The position numbers and the translations under genes were made by a program. Shown one piece after another: positions 18,084 to 27,333 of a stretch of 64,000 nt of DNA. The stretch is taken from the NCBI GenBank assembly GCA_023422005.1, contig JAEZSC010000151.1:25182-89181 (forward strand), given 5' to 3'. Numbering within the stretch: the first letter of the stretch is position 1; every line of letters begins with the position of its first letter. The notes under the pieces were generated by a model. It was not told where the DNA came from. It did not search any database and worked only from the letters and a program-made list of their open reading frames with translations. This stretch comes from Bacillota bacterium. GTDB lineage: Bacteria > Bacillota > Clostridia > Christensenellales > UMGS416.

Positions 18084-19259
18084 ATGGACATCTTCGAGCG
18101 GTGTTTCAACTACACCGAAGCCGAGGACGCCAGGGCGTCCGGGCTGTATCCTTACTTTCACGCTCTGCAGACTGCCCAGGACACCGAGGTCGTCATCGAC
18201 GGTAAACGCATCATCATGATCGGCTCCAACAACTATATGGGCCTGACCCATGACCCGCGCACGGTGCAAGCCGCAAAGGATGCGCTGGAACAGTATGGCA
18301 CCGGGTGCTCGGGCTCCCGCTTCCTCAACGGCACGCTGGTGCTCCACGAGCAGCTGGAAACGGAACTGGCCGACTTCTTCCACAAGGACGCGGCGCTGAC
18401 GTACAGCACGGGCTTCCAGACCAACCTGGGCATCGTGTCCACGCTGATGGGCTGGCATGATTACATCATCAACGATGAGGAAAACCACGCCAGCATCGTG
18501 GACGCCTGCCGCCTGAGTTTCGCAAAGAAGAGCCTGAAATACCGCCACAGCGACATGGCCGACCTGGAGGAGACGCTGGCCCGCCTGCCCGAAGAGGCCG
18601 GCAAGCTCATCATCACCGACGGCGTGTTCTCCATGAGCGGCGACTTGGCCAAGCTGCCGGACATCATCCGCATCGCCCGCAAGTACGGCGCCCGCGTCAT
18701 GGTGGACGACGCCCACGGCGTGGGCATGGTGGGCGACTGCGGCCGCGGAACGGCCTCCCACTTCGGCCTGGATGACGAGGTGGACCTGATCATGACGACG
18801 TTCTCCAAGTCGCTGGCGTCGCTGGGCGGCTGCGTGGCCGCCAGCAGGAAAGTCATCGACTATATCAAGCACAAGAGCCGACCCTTCATTTTCAGCGCTT
18901 CCATCCCGCCGGCCAACGCAGCGGCGGCCCTGGCGGCGCTGCGCATCATCCGCAGCGAGCCCCAGCGGGTCAAGGCCCTCATCGACATCGCCAGCTATAT
19001 GCGTGCCCGCCTCAAGGAGGCAGGTATCCCGATCATCGACGGCGACACCGCCATCATTCCCATATACACTTACGACATGAACCGTACATTCCTGATCACG
19101 AAAATGCTTTTCGACGAAGGCGTATATGTAAACCCGGTGATCCCGCCGGCGGTGCCCCAGGGCCAGTGCATGCTGCGCACCAGCTACACCGCCACCCACA
19201 CCCGCGCCCAGATGGACGAGGCAGTGGAAGCCTTCAAGCGCGTGTTTGCCAAAGTATAA
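18084..19259 (+). CDS. PLP-dependent alpha-oxoamine synthase, closest by eye to serine palmitoyltransferase-type members rather than BioF/Kbl
   Basis: 391 aa. GSNNYMGL, GTGCSGSRFLNGT, DDAHGVG and the PLP-lysine context TTFSKSLASLGG, then RPFIFSASIPP. AGGAGGAA RBS. Candidate promoter TTGGTG-17-TATAAT upstream. Confidence 0.85.
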   Translation: MDIFERCFNYTEAEDARASGLYPYFHALQTAQDTEVVIDGKRIIMIGSNNYMGLTHDPRTVQAAKDALEQYGTGCSGSRFLNGTLVLHEQLETELADFFHKDAALTYSTGFQTNLGIVSTLMGWHDYIINDEENHASIVDACRLSFAKKSLKYRHSDMADLEETLARLPEEAGKLIITDGVFSMSGDLAKLPDIIRIARKYGARVMVDDAHGVGMVGDCGRGTASHFGLDDEVDLIMTTFSKSLASLGGCVAASRKVIDYIKHKSRPFIFSASIPPANAAAALAALRIIRSEPQRVKALIDIASYMRARLKEAGIPIIDGDTAIIPIYTYDMNRTFLITKMLFDEGVYVNPVIPPAVPQGQCMLRTSYTATHTRAQMDEAVEAFKRVFAKV

Positions 19260-19279
19260 GCTAATTATTTACAATGGAG

Positions 19280-19311
19280 CCGGCCTTCCCCATGGAACGG
19301 CCGGTTTTTTT
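19280..19311 (+). terminator. Intrinsic terminator after the oxoamine synthase gene
   Basis: CCGGCCTTCC-ccat-GGAACGGCCGG followed by TTTTTTT. Confidence 0.8.
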
Positions 19312-19392
19312 ATGGGGATAATTCCCATCTGATGGGTTTACTTCCATTCTATTGTGGTATATAGAGAGAAGCAATCATGTCAGGGGTATCCT

Positions 19393-20634
19393 ATGGACTT
19401 GTATGTGGCGCGCCAGCCTATTTTTGATGCTTCCAAAAACGTTGTGGCATATGAGCTGCTGCACAGGGACAGCCAGAACACCAACCGCTACGAGGCCGAA
19501 GACGACGACCAGGCCACCTCCAGCGTGCTGACCAGCGGCTTTCTGACGCTGGGCCTGGACATGCTGACAGAGGGCAGGATGGCCTATGTCAACTTCACGC
19601 AGTTTCTGCTGACCCAGGGCATCCCCACGCTTCTGCCCCACGAGCAGCTGGGCATAGAGCTCTCCCCCGACGTGCTGACCAGCGATGATGCCTACAAGGC
19701 CGCGTGCGCGCTGAAATCCGCCGGTTACACGATCGCATTGGACAACTTCACCGCCGAGCACAGACAAAGCCGGCTGTTCTCTCTGGCGGATATCATCAAA
19801 GTTAACGTGCAGCAATGTTCGCTGGCCGACCAACAGGCTCTTTTGGCCGACCGGCATGGCAGCACCCGCTTCCTCGCTCAGCGTGTGGAATCCGATGTGG
19901 CCTTCGACGCGGCGCAAATCATGGGGTATTCACTGTTTCAGGGCTATTTTTTCGCCCATCCGGTCATCTACACCGCCAGCACCATACCGATCAGTAAATT
20001 GGGCTATATCCAGCTCATACGGGCGGTCAACGAGGAACAACCGGATTTCCAGAGCATCATCATAGCCATCGAAAACGATGTTGCCATGTCGTTGGAAACC
20101 ATCAGGCTTGTGAACTCCGCTTACTTCGCCCGCCGCTACAAGATCTATTCGGTCAAGCAGGCCATCGTGACATTGGGCATAGAGGGCGTGCGCAAATGGA
20201 TCACGCTTTCCACGCTGACCAAGCTGGGCAAGAACAAGCCCGACGTGCTGGTGAGCACATCGCTGATCCGCTCAAAATTCCTGGAGCTGCTGGCTCGCGC
20301 ATTGGGCTTGCACCGGCGGGCGCCGGAGTTCTACATGCTGGGGTTATTCTCGCTGCTGGACGCGCTGACCAGTTGCCCCTTTGACAAGATGCTGACCAGC
20401 CTCAACATCTCCGACGAGGTCAAGGCTGTGCTGCTGCAGACGGAAAAGACATCCGCCATGGCCAGCGCCTATGCGCTGATGCAATGCTACGAGCGCGGGC
20501 ACTGGGAAAGCGCAGCCTCATGTGCACAGGCGCTGGGGCTGCCGATGGACACCGTTGCCGATGTCTATATTCAATCTCTGCGATGGTACAACGACCACAT
20601 CTGGTTCAGGCAGGCTGCCAACCAGCCAGGCTGA
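19393..20634 (+). CDS. EAL-like plus HDOD domain protein (putative c-di-GMP phosphodiesterase or sensor)
   Basis: Start set at MDLYVARQPIFDASKNVVAYELLHR, the N-terminal signature of the EAL-HDOD (COG3434-type) family. The HDOD-like C-terminal half contains LVNSAYF...GIEGVRKW. Confidence 0.85.
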   Translation: MDLYVARQPIFDASKNVVAYELLHRDSQNTNRYEAEDDDQATSSVLTSGFLTLGLDMLTEGRMAYVNFTQFLLTQGIPTLLPHEQLGIELSPDVLTSDDAYKAACALKSAGYTIALDNFTAEHRQSRLFSLADIIKVNVQQCSLADQQALLADRHGSTRFLAQRVESDVAFDAAQIMGYSLFQGYFFAHPVIYTASTIPISKLGYIQLIRAVNEEQPDFQSIIIAIENDVAMSLETIRLVNSAYFARRYKIYSVKQAIVTLGIEGVRKWITLSTLTKLGKNKPDVLVSTSLIRSKFLELLARALGLHRRAPEFYMLGLFSLLDALTSCPFDKMLTSLNISDEVKAVLLQTEKTSAMASAYALMQCYERGHWESAASCAQALGLPMDTVADVYIQSLRWYNDHIWFRQAANQPG

Positions 20635-20693
20635 TCTCACAGAAAAAAACGCAATAGCCGGCAATGGCGCCGGAAGATCGCGAGGAGTCGCCC

Positions 20694-21929
20694 ATGCAGT
20701 TGCATGTTGCAAGGCAGCCCATCTTCAACAGGCACAAGAGCATCGTCGCCTATGAGTTGCTGCACCGGGAAGCCCCCGGGGCTTCCGCTTACACTACCCA
20801 GGATGGCGACTACGCGACTTCCTGCGTTATCACTAGCGCATTTTTGTCCTACGGGCTGGACGTGCTGGCCGACGATACGGTGGCCTATATCAACTTCACC
20901 GCCTGCCTGCTGGTGCAGGGCGTGCCGATGCTTCTGCCCCGCGAACAGGTCGTCGTCGAAATTCTGGAAACCGTAGAGCCCACCGAGGAGGTGCTGGCCG
21001 CCTGCCAGGCGCTCAAAGCCGCCGGATACACGCTGGCGCTGGACGATTACGTGCTGCAGCCGGGCTATGACGCGCTCGTGGAGCTGGCCGATATCATCAA
21101 GGTGGATTTCCGAGCCAACGACGCCGGCCAGCAGCAATCCATCATAGAGCACTACCGCAGCAGAAAGCTGTGCTTTCTGGCCGAAAAGGTGGAAACCGAG
21201 GCCGAATTTGCCCATGCGATGCAGCTGGGATACGATCTGTTCCAGGGCTATTTCTTTGCCCGGCCGGTCACGTTGAGCGCCAGAGCCGTGCAGCCTACCA
21301 AGATGGCCTATGTGCAGCTGATGCAGGCCATTCATGTGCCCTCGCCGGACTTTGCCAAGATTATCCAGGCCATAGAAAGCGACGTGGCCTTCTCTCTGGA
21401 CACGATCAAGCTCGTAAATTCCGCCTACTACGCCCGGCGCAACAAGCTCTCGTCGGTGAAGGACGCCGTTGTAATGCTGGGAATAGAAGGCGTACGCAAG
21501 TGGGTGAACATGTCGGTGCTCACCCGCCTGGCCAGAAACAAGCCGGACGTGCTGATCTCCCACTCGCTGATCCGCTCCACGTTCCTGGATCTTGTGGCCC
21601 GGCGCACCGGGCATGCCGGGCAAAGTGCCGAGTATGCGCTTCTGGGCCTGTTCTCATTGCTGGACGCGCTGACCGGCTGCACCTTCAAAAGCCTGCTGGG
21701 CTGCCTGAACCTTTCCAATACGATCAAGGCCATCCTGATCGACGGCGACCTATCCTCCGCGCTGGGCAGAACCTATGCCATGATGCTCTACTATGAGCAG
21801 GGCAAGTTCGACGAGGCCGCGACGCTGGCAGCGGGCCTGCAGCTGTGCATGGACGATGTGGCGCAGATCTATATGGATACGCTGGAGTGGTACAGCGACG
21901 TGTCAGCCAAGACCCGGGCGATAAGCTAG
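20694..21929 (+). CDS. EAL-like plus HDOD domain protein; tandem paralogue of the preceding gene
   Basis: Start set at MQLHVARQPIFNRHKSIVAYELLHRE (GAGGAG RBS). Collinear with 19393..20634 over its full length. Confidence 0.85.
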   Translation: MQLHVARQPIFNRHKSIVAYELLHREAPGASAYTTQDGDYATSCVITSAFLSYGLDVLADDTVAYINFTACLLVQGVPMLLPREQVVVEILETVEPTEEVLAACQALKAAGYTLALDDYVLQPGYDALVELADIIKVDFRANDAGQQQSIIEHYRSRKLCFLAEKVETEAEFAHAMQLGYDLFQGYFFARPVTLSARAVQPTKMAYVQLMQAIHVPSPDFAKIIQAIESDVAFSLDTIKLVNSAYYARRNKLSSVKDAVVMLGIEGVRKWVNMSVLTRLARNKPDVLISHSLIRSTFLDLVARRTGHAGQSAEYALLGLFSLLDALTGCTFKSLLGCLNLSNTIKAILIDGDLSSALGRTYAMMLYYEQGKFDEAATLAAGLQLCMDDVAQIYMDTLEWYSDVSAKTRAIS

Positions 21930-21957
21930 CCGGGCGGAGTATCGCCGCCGCGCGGCC

Positions 21958-23184
21958 CTACCGCTGGCCTTCCTGAATCACTTCCCCCGGCTCCGTACCC
22001 CGCTCTTTATTTTTGAATATGCTGAGCAGCAGCGCCGCCGTGGCTACGGCGCTCAGAGCCGCCATGCACCAGAAGGTGTTACGCATGCCGATGGAGCCCG
22101 ACAGCACGCCGCCCAACAGCGCTCCCACGACCCTGGAGAGGCTGACCACCGCAGAATTCACGACGGCCTGGCCCGTGGCCGAGAGCTCCTCGGGCAGCTC
22201 GTCGCTGACATAGCAGGACAGCGCAAAATACACGACGATGATGCCCCCGCCATGCAGCACATACAGCGGCAGCAGTTGAACCCAGGTGCTGCACAACGCC
22301 GTGAGCGACCAGCGCAGCACGAAGGCGAAGCCCGGCAGCAGCAGCATCTTGCGCACGCTCAGGCGCTTCATAAGCCTGCCGCTGCCCAGCAGAAAGGGCG
22401 TCTCCGCTGCGGCCATGGCGAAGATACCCAGCCCATACACCCAGCTGGGAGCGTTCAGATCGGCAAAATAAAGCGGCAGAAAGCAGATGGACAAGCTGTG
22501 GGTGATATGCAGGCACAGGCTGAAGGCCACAAAGAACCAAAACTGCCTGTAGCGCAAAAGCTCCCGCAGGCCCATGCGGCGGCTCTTGGCCTTCTGCGCG
22601 CCGGGCACACGGCCCATGAGCAGGCTTACCGGCAGCGCGGCCAGGCTGACCGCCGCGCACAGCACGAACACCAGGTTCACACTGCGGCCCGCCAGCACAC
22701 CCGCCAGCGCCGCCGACAGCGCGAAACCCCAGGAGTAGCTCAAACGCACCGAGCCGAAGCGCTCCACCGCATCGTCCCTGCGCAGGTTGTCCAATATCAC
22801 CGCGTTGGAGAGCGCCAGCGCCGCGCCCTGCACCGCCGTGTAAGCAGCCATGACCGCCGCCACTGCCACCCAGTGGCGCGCCCACAGGTGCAGCAGCGCA
22901 GCAGCAGCCTGCGCCGCAAGCAGTGCCCACAGCACCGTGTTCTTGGCGCGGCTGCGGTCGGCCAGCAAGCTCAGAGCCGGCTGGGCCACGAAGGCCGCCA
23001 GAGCGCTGCTGGAGCTCAAAACGCCGATGAGCATGGGGCCCTGGCCCAAGGCGCGGCTTTGCCACAGGCTGACAAAGCTCGTGTACGCGCTCAGACTGGC
23101 CGCGAACAGAAAGAAGTACGCCGACATGCCAGCCACGCCGCGGGAACCTTTCCTGTTTTTAGAGCTTCCCACAAATGTTCTCAT
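21958..23184 (-). CDS. MFS transporter
   Basis: About 400 aa, about 12 hydrophobic segments, MFS loop motif LLADRSRAKN. The true start may be the internal Met at 23127 (MSAYFFLF). Confidence 0.75.
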   Translation of the reverse strand: MRTFVGSSKNRKGSRGVAGMSAYFFLFAASLSAYTSFVSLWQSRALGQGPMLIGVLSSSSALAAFVAQPALSLLADRSRAKNTVLWALLAAQAAAALLHLWARHWVAVAAVMAAYTAVQGAALALSNAVILDNLRRDDAVERFGSVRLSYSWGFALSAALAGVLAGRSVNLVFVLCAAVSLAALPVSLLMGRVPGAQKAKSRRMGLRELLRYRQFWFFVAFSLCLHITHSLSICFLPLYFADLNAPSWVYGLGIFAMAAAETPFLLGSGRLMKRLSVRKMLLLPGFAFVLRWSLTALCSTWVQLLPLYVLHGGGIIVVYFALSCYVSDELPEELSATGQAVVNSAVVSLSRVVGALLGGVLSGSIGMRNTFWCMAALSAVATAALLLSIFKNKERGTEPGEVIQEGQR

Positions 23185-23297
23185 TACAAATCCACAATTC
23201 GGGCGGTTATTGTTGCATTACGGTGGCGACATGAGTAAAATAGACGCGGTTTCACCCTTTTTGCCGCAGCGCCAAACTAGTTTTCGCAGAGCGGGGA

Positions 23298-25094
23298 ATG
23301 CTATTCCGGACTTCCCTGCCGGAGAGAGTTGCATTGGATAGTTTCAAGCGCATCCTCAGGTTAATCAAGCCCTATCGTGGCAAGTTCATCTTCGCATTGT
23401 CGCTTACCCTCGTATTCGTCGCCACGTTCATCGCCGGCCCCTATGTTTCCAAATTCCTTGTGGACGAGGTCATCAAGGGCGGTCACACCGAGTATTTGAT
23501 CGGCGTGCTGGGCTTGCTGGTTGGGCTGTCCCTGTCCCGCGCGCTGGGAGCTTTCGTGCGCGGCGTCACCTTTGAGCGCATCTCCCAGAATATCATCTTC
23601 GATTTCCGGCAGAGCCTCTATGACCATCTGCACGAGCTGCCTTACCGCTTCTACGACAACCACCGCATCGGCGAGATCATGAGCCGCATGACCGGCGACA
23701 TGGACGCCGTGCGCATGCTGCTGGCCGGCGGCCTGCCCATCATCGCCGAGCACGGCATCTTCCTGGTGGGCTCGCTGATCGCCATGTACACGCTGGACTG
23801 GCGCCTGGCGCTGGTCGTTACCGCCGTGATGCCGGTGACCGCCTTTCTGGCGTGGAAGTTCGACCGTACCGCCCGGCCCCAACAGCGGGAGATCCGTGAG
23901 CAGAACGCCGTTCTCAACACCCGCGCCCAGGAAAACATCTCCGGTGTGCGCGTCGTGAAGGCCTATGCCCGCGAGGACTACGAGGTCGATGCTTTCAACG
24001 AGCAGAACCGCAAGCATCTGGACATCGGCATCCGCATCACCCGCACCAATGCCAACTTCAACTCCGCGCTGGATTTCATTGGCGCACTGCCCAGCGTGCT
24101 GGTGCTGATCATGGCCGGGTATCTGGCTGAGCAGGGCATCGTGACGCCGGGCATGCTCATCGCCGCCATCGGCTACATCTGGATGATCATGATGCCGCTG
24201 CGCAACCTGGCCAACACCGTCAACATGGTCACCCAGGCCATCAGCTCCGGTGACCGCCTGTTCTATTATCTGGACTTCGGCTCAGAGATCCGCGAACCCG
24301 AAGACGCCCGCGCGCCCGAGACCTTCACCGGCCTCGTGGAGTTCCGCGACGTAACCTTCCGTTATGAGGACGAGCCGGTGCTGCGCCACATCAACTTCAA
24401 AGTGAAACCCGGCCAGACGCTGGCCATCATGGGCGCCACGGGCTCCGGCAAGACGACCATCGTAAACCTGCTGGGTCGCTTCTATGATTGCGGCGAAGGC
24501 GCCGTGCTCGTGGACGGCATCGACGTCAAGCAGTACAAGCTCAAGGAGCTTCGCCGCCGCATCGGCTATGTGATGCAGGAAACCTTCCTGTTCAGCGAGA
24601 CGCTGGAGAACAACATCGCCTTTGGCAACCCCGACGCCACGCCTGAAGAGCTGGACGCTGCCTGTGAGGCCGCCTGCGCCAGCGAGTATATCGCCAAGCT
24701 GGACGACGGCTACAACACCATCGTGGGCGAACGCGGCATGGGCCTGTCCGGCGGGCAGAAACAGCGCGCCGCCATCGCCCGGGCACTGTGCTACAACCCG
24801 AGCATTCTGGTTTTCGACGACGCCACCAGCGCCGTGGACATGGAGACCGAATACGCGATACAGCAGGCGCTGGCCAAACGCGCCGCCCAGCGCACCACTC
24901 TGCTGATTTCCCACCGCATCTCCGCCGTGAAAGACGCCGACGAGATCCTCGTGCTGGAGAATGGCGCCATCGCCGAGCGCGGCACCCACGGCGACCTGCT
25001 GAAAAAGCGGGGCCTGTACTGGGGTATCTACATGGACCAATACCGCGACTTCGAAGAAGCGCTGGGCGAAAGGGGGATGGCTCTGGATGCCTAG
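23298..25094 (+). CDS. ABC exporter, fused permease/ATPase subunit (heterodimer partner 1)
   Basis: 598 aa with a six-TM N-terminal half. GATGSGKTT, LSGGQKQRAAIARA, LVFDDATSAVD. An alternative TTG start at 23334 has a better-placed RBS. Confidence 0.9.
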   Translation: MLFRTSLPERVALDSFKRILRLIKPYRGKFIFALSLTLVFVATFIAGPYVSKFLVDEVIKGGHTEYLIGVLGLLVGLSLSRALGAFVRGVTFERISQNIIFDFRQSLYDHLHELPYRFYDNHRIGEIMSRMTGDMDAVRMLLAGGLPIIAEHGIFLVGSLIAMYTLDWRLALVVTAVMPVTAFLAWKFDRTARPQQREIREQNAVLNTRAQENISGVRVVKAYAREDYEVDAFNEQNRKHLDIGIRITRTNANFNSALDFIGALPSVLVLIMAGYLAEQGIVTPGMLIAAIGYIWMIMMPLRNLANTVNMVTQAISSGDRLFYYLDFGSEIREPEDARAPETFTGLVEFRDVTFRYEDEPVLRHINFKVKPGQTLAIMGATGSGKTTIVNLLGRFYDCGEGAVLVDGIDVKQYKLKELRRRIGYVMQETFLFSETLENNIAFGNPDATPEELDAACEAACASEYIAKLDDGYNTIVGERGMGLSGGQKQRAAIARALCYNPSILVFDDATSAVDMETEYAIQQALAKRAAQRTTLLISHRISAVKDADEILVLENGAIAERGTHGDLLKKRGLYWGIYMDQYRDFEEALGERGMALDA

Positions 25095-26892
25095 AGCAAG
25101 ACGGGCGCTGCTGCTGGACGACGAGAAGTTTGTCAGCAATTTCAATACCAACTACTTCCTGCGGGTGCTGAGCTACCTGAAGCCCTACAAAGGCTTGGTG
25201 GCTGCCAGCATCGTCGCGATGGTCATCAACATGCTGTGCGGACTGGTGTCGCCCTACATGATCAGCCTGGCGCTGGACCGCAGCATCACCGGCGGTGATT
25301 ACTCGCTGCTGCCGTGGATCGTGGCGGCCATATTGGGAGCGGCGGCGCTGGGCTCCGTGATGCTGCGCACCAAGGTGCGCCTGATGAACGTGACTGGCCG
25401 CCGGGCACTGGCCACACTGCGCGAGGAGCTCTTTTCCCACATCCAGACGCTGGGCTTCGATTTCTTCGATTCCCGCCCGGCGGGCAAGATCATGCTGCGC
25501 GTCATCAACGACGTGGATTCGCTGCTGGGCCTGTTTTCCCAGGGCATCGTCAACATGCTGACCAACGCATTGTCGCTGGTTGCCATCGCCACCATCATGC
25601 TGGTCATCAACTGGCGGCTGGCACTGGTTGCCTTCGCGGTGGTGCCGCTGCTGCTGATCATCGTGTTCGTACTCAAGCCTCACATCCGCTCGGCATGGCG
25701 CGAGGTGCGCTGGAAATCCAGCACGATGAACGCCTATTTGCACGAGAGCCTGGCCGGCATGCGCGTAACGCAGGCCTTCACCCGCGAAGAGGAGAACTCC
25801 AAGATCTTCCGTGGCGCCAACAGCGAAATCCGCCGCACATGGATGAAGGCCATCAAGCTGGGCGCAGCCTTCTTCCCCGCCTTCGAGCTCGTAAGCTCCG
25901 TGGGCACATGCCTGATCTATTACTTCGGCGTGCGCTGGATCAACGCGCCGGTGGACCCGATCTCCATGGGAACGCTGTTCGCGATGACGTGGTACCTGGG
26001 CCGCTTTTGGGACCCGTTGAACCAGATCTCCAACATCTATTATGAAATTCTCTCGGCCATGGCCTCGCTGGAGCGCATCTACGAGATCATGGACACGCCG
26101 GCCATCATACACAGCAAGGAAGGCGCGCAGCCCCTCCCCCCCATCACCGGCCATGTGTCCTTCGATCATGTGACCTTCGGCTATGACTATGAGGACGGCC
26201 AGATCGTGCTGGATGACGTCAGTTTTGAAGTGAAGCCGGGCATGACCGTGGCGCTGGTGGGCCCCACCGGCGCGGGTAAATCCACTGTGGTCAGCCTGAT
26301 CAGCCGCTTCTATGACGTAAACCTGGGCCGCGTGCTCATCGACGGCTATGACATCCGCGACGTGGAGCTGCACTCGCTGCGCTCCCAGATGGGCATCATG
26401 CTGCAGGACAGCTTCATCTTCTCAGGCACGATCATGGACAACCTGCGCTATGGCCGGCTGGACGCCACCGACGAGGAAGTCATCGAGGCCGCCAAAGCCG
26501 TGCACGCCCACGAATTCATCATGCAGATGGAAAACGGCTACCAGACCGAGGTGCGCGAGCGCGGCAGCCGCCTGTCCACCGGGCAGAAGCAGCTCATCTC
26601 CTTCGCCCGGGCGCTGCTGGCCGACCCGCGCATCCTGATTCTGGATGAGGCCACCGCCTCCATCGATACCCGCACCGAGGTGCTCATACAGAAGGCGCTG
26701 GAGCGCGTGCTCAAGGGCCGCACGTCCTTCGTTATCGCCCACCGGCTTTCCACAATCCGCAAGGCCGACTGCATCATGGTTGTGGACCAGGGCAAGATCA
26801 TAGAAGCCGGCCGCCACGAGGAGCTCATGGAACAGAAGGGCGCTTATTATGAGCTCTGCGAGGCGCAGTACCGCTTTATGAAGGCAGTTTAA
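25087..26892 (+). CDS. ABC exporter, fused permease/ATPase subunit (heterodimer partner 2)
   Basis: 601 aa. GPTGAGKST, LSTGQKQLISFARA, LILDEATASID. An 8-nt overlap with partner 1. Confidence 0.9.
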   Translation: MPRARRALLLDDEKFVSNFNTNYFLRVLSYLKPYKGLVAASIVAMVINMLCGLVSPYMISLALDRSITGGDYSLLPWIVAAILGAAALGSVMLRTKVRLMNVTGRRALATLREELFSHIQTLGFDFFDSRPAGKIMLRVINDVDSLLGLFSQGIVNMLTNALSLVAIATIMLVINWRLALVAFAVVPLLLIIVFVLKPHIRSAWREVRWKSSTMNAYLHESLAGMRVTQAFTREEENSKIFRGANSEIRRTWMKAIKLGAAFFPAFELVSSVGTCLIYYFGVRWINAPVDPISMGTLFAMTWYLGRFWDPLNQISNIYYEILSAMASLERIYEIMDTPAIIHSKEGAQPLPPITGHVSFDHVTFGYDYEDGQIVLDDVSFEVKPGMTVALVGPTGAGKSTVVSLISRFYDVNLGRVLIDGYDIRDVELHSLRSQMGIMLQDSFIFSGTIMDNLRYGRLDATDEEVIEAAKAVHAHEFIMQMENGYQTEVRERGSRLSTGQKQLISFARALLADPRILILDEATASIDTRTEVLIQKALERVLKGRTSFVIAHRLSTIRKADCIMVVDQGKIIEAGRHEELMEQKGAYYELCEAQYRFMKAV

Positions 26893-26914
26893 ATTCGCCA
26901 ACCTCTTTTGTCAG

Positions 26915-26958
26915 CCGCTTTGCCGCCGAAGTTTAGTAGGTGGGTAAAGCGGTTTTTT
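26915..26958 (+). terminator. Probable intrinsic terminator after the ABC exporter pair
   Basis: CCGCTTT...AAAGCGG stem (large loop) followed by TTTTTT. Confidence 0.5.
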
Positions 26959-26965
26959 ACGGTCA

Positions 26966-27176
26966 GCGGGGGAACTTCTCCCCCGCCGATACCACCCCTA
27001 GCCTATGACCACCTTACTCTCTGGTTCGCGTAGCCCACTGCCGCACATGTCGCCAGCGGGCCTCCTGTTATCCGTCTATTGCTGTTTTGCCTGGAACGAT
27101 AGACCGCTACAGCGGGGTTCTTTTTTGTAGTTCTATCTTGGCACTCGTTTCCTTGGCCGGATGAACCGGCCTGCGG
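26966..27176 (+). repeat. Copy D (divergent) of the four-hairpin intergenic repeat family
   Basis: Same order of parts. Hairpin GCGGGGGA/TCCCCCGC followed by CGAT. Hairpin 2 GCCCACTG/CAGCGGGC, with loop ccgcacatgtcgc nearly identical to copy B. Hairpin CCGCTACAGCGG followed by GGTTCTTTTTT. TTTCCTTGG followed by GGCCGG-atgaa-CCGGCC. Confidence 0.4.
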
Positions 27177-27333
27177 CAATAAAGCATTCGGTTCTTGCGT
27201 ACAAGCGTAGGGCCGTATTGCATACGGCCTTCAACGGCGACCCTGAAAACCGCAATCCTTTATGCTATAATTCGAATTGACTATAGTCTGGCGAGTTTAA
27301 CTGCAAACTCTAACTATGGGAGGATTTCGTTTT

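Noticed and set aside
18063-19199. 378-aa minus-strand ORF.
   Set aside because: It is antisense to the alpha-oxoamine synthase gene, which carries clear PLP-enzyme motifs.
24592-26373. 593-aa minus-strand ORF.
   Set aside because: It is antisense to the two ABC exporter genes, whose Walker and signature motifs are unambiguous. It has no RBS and an Arg/Ala/Gly-rich composition.
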